Source of the DNA: Candidatus Electronema aureum
Lineage (GTDB): Bacteria; Desulfobacterota; Desulfobulbia; Desulfobulbales; Desulfobulbaceae
Length of the DNA stretch: 32,000 bases
Assembly: GCA_004284765.1 (NCBI GenBank)
Contig: NQJD01000009.1
Coordinates: 1-32,000, forward strand
Direction: 5' to 3'
Part shown: piece by piece, positions 31,660-32,000 of the stretch
Layout: every line of letters begins with the position of its first letter
Numbering within the stretch: the stretch's first letter is position 1
Program-made: the position numbers and the translations under genes
The notes under the pieces: generated by a model
Told to the model about the DNA's origin: nothing
Database searches by the model: none
What the model saw: the letters and a program-made list of their open reading frames with translations, nothing else

Positions 31660-31698
31660 AAGCCGGGGATGCGAGAGCGTCTCCGGCTTCGTTATTTT
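31660..31698 (+). terminator. Probable terminator after paralog 5
   Basis: Stem AAGCCGGGGA / TCTCCGGCTT (one G-U pair), 10-nt loop, then CGTTATTTT (an interrupted T run). Stem sequence is related to the terminator after paralog 4. Confidence 0.5.
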
Positions 31699-31811
31699 CA
31701 GCTTCCCTCTTGACGCGCCTGCTGCACCCGGCTACATTGGCCTTTTTTGCATGAAAAATAGGTTTATCCACAACGGCGGTTGTGCCGCAGAAAAAGAGGG
31801 GAAAAAGAAAG

Positions 31812-32000
31812 GTGGAGCATAAAAACGCCATTGTTTTGGCTATGTTTGGCACCACCATTGAGTCTGCTCTCAAAGGACTGCTCAATATCCGCGACAAAAT
31901 GAAGGCGCATTACCGAGAAACGCCAGTACGGATCGCTTTTACCTCCAATATAATCCGCAAAAAATGGCGAAAGCGGGCTACTGACCGAGAGTACATCAAA
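31812..32000 (+). CDS. cbiK: Sirohydrochlorin cobaltochelatase CbiK-like protein, N-terminal 63 codons (runs off the right edge)
   Basis: Own translation from GTG 31812: (M)EHKNAIVLAMFGTTIESALKGLLNIRDKMKAHYRETPVRIAFTSNIIRKKWRKRATDREYIK. The K-x-A-[IL]-[VL]-[LV]-x-x-FGT[ST] ... [VF]R-x-AFTS-x-x-I-x-x-K-x-R-x-R pattern matches the CbiK N-terminus as I recall it (Salmonella MKKALLVVSFGTS...LFRAFTSGMIIRKLRQR). Absent from the ORF track because it is open-ended. Confidence 0.6.
   Translation, partial: MEHKNAIVLAMFGTTIESALKGLLNIRDKMKAHYRETPVRIAFTSNIIRKKWRKRATDREYIK

Noticed and set aside
1-32000. Scan for CRISPR arrays, tRNA/rRNA genes, and integrase or reverse-transcriptase genes
   Set aside because: I saw no regularly spaced direct repeats, no cloverleaf-compatible segments in the intergenic regions, and no ORF with integrase or RT motifs. 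The only repeat structures are those listed: the IS30 IRs, the GltS 3'-end duplication and the 24-bp tandem repeat.

Overview
32-kb chromosomal window mixing housekeeping genes with accessory insertions. The core genes look GC-rich by eye. They are: an archaeal-type split glutamate synthase operon on the minus strand (amidotransferase 10727-11863, ferredoxin+FMN subunit 9129-10769, GXGXG+GltD-like+ferredoxin fusion 3770-6139), a family-5 ABC substrate-binding protein, tsaE, sbcB, a Crp/Fnr regulator, polA, and a REC / hybrid histidine kinase / REC trio. The gene content (split GltS, PICxxCKxIRxDxGxW regulator tail) suggests a Desulfobacterota-like anaerobe; this is inference only. Accessory content: (1) A transposase fragment at the left edge. 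(2) A decayed duplicate of the GltS 3' end (474-930) which, with the intact copy, brackets a ~2.8-kb lower-GC island. That island carries a VapBC pair (the PIN gene has an in-frame TAG) and a 537-aa secreted multidomain protein. (3) A ~3-kb islet wedged inside the GltS operon (6140-9128) with HEPN, MNT and a Doc-like Fic protein, three orphan AT-rich small membrane ORFs, and a DUF4160/DUF2442 pair. (4) A frameshifted IS30-family element (14495-15565) 75 bp upstream of sbcB. The most unusual region is 27.7-31.6 kb. It holds five tandem paralogous genes, each apparently with its own promoter and hairpin terminator. Each encodes a signal-peptide-bearing, extremely Met/Gln-rich (and in the last member Gly/Met-rich) protein whose mature chain has no Cys or His. 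I recognise no family for them. They sit downstream of a 939-aa double beta-helix exported protein and upstream of a cbiK-like chelatase start. I saw no rRNA, tRNA or CRISPR array.
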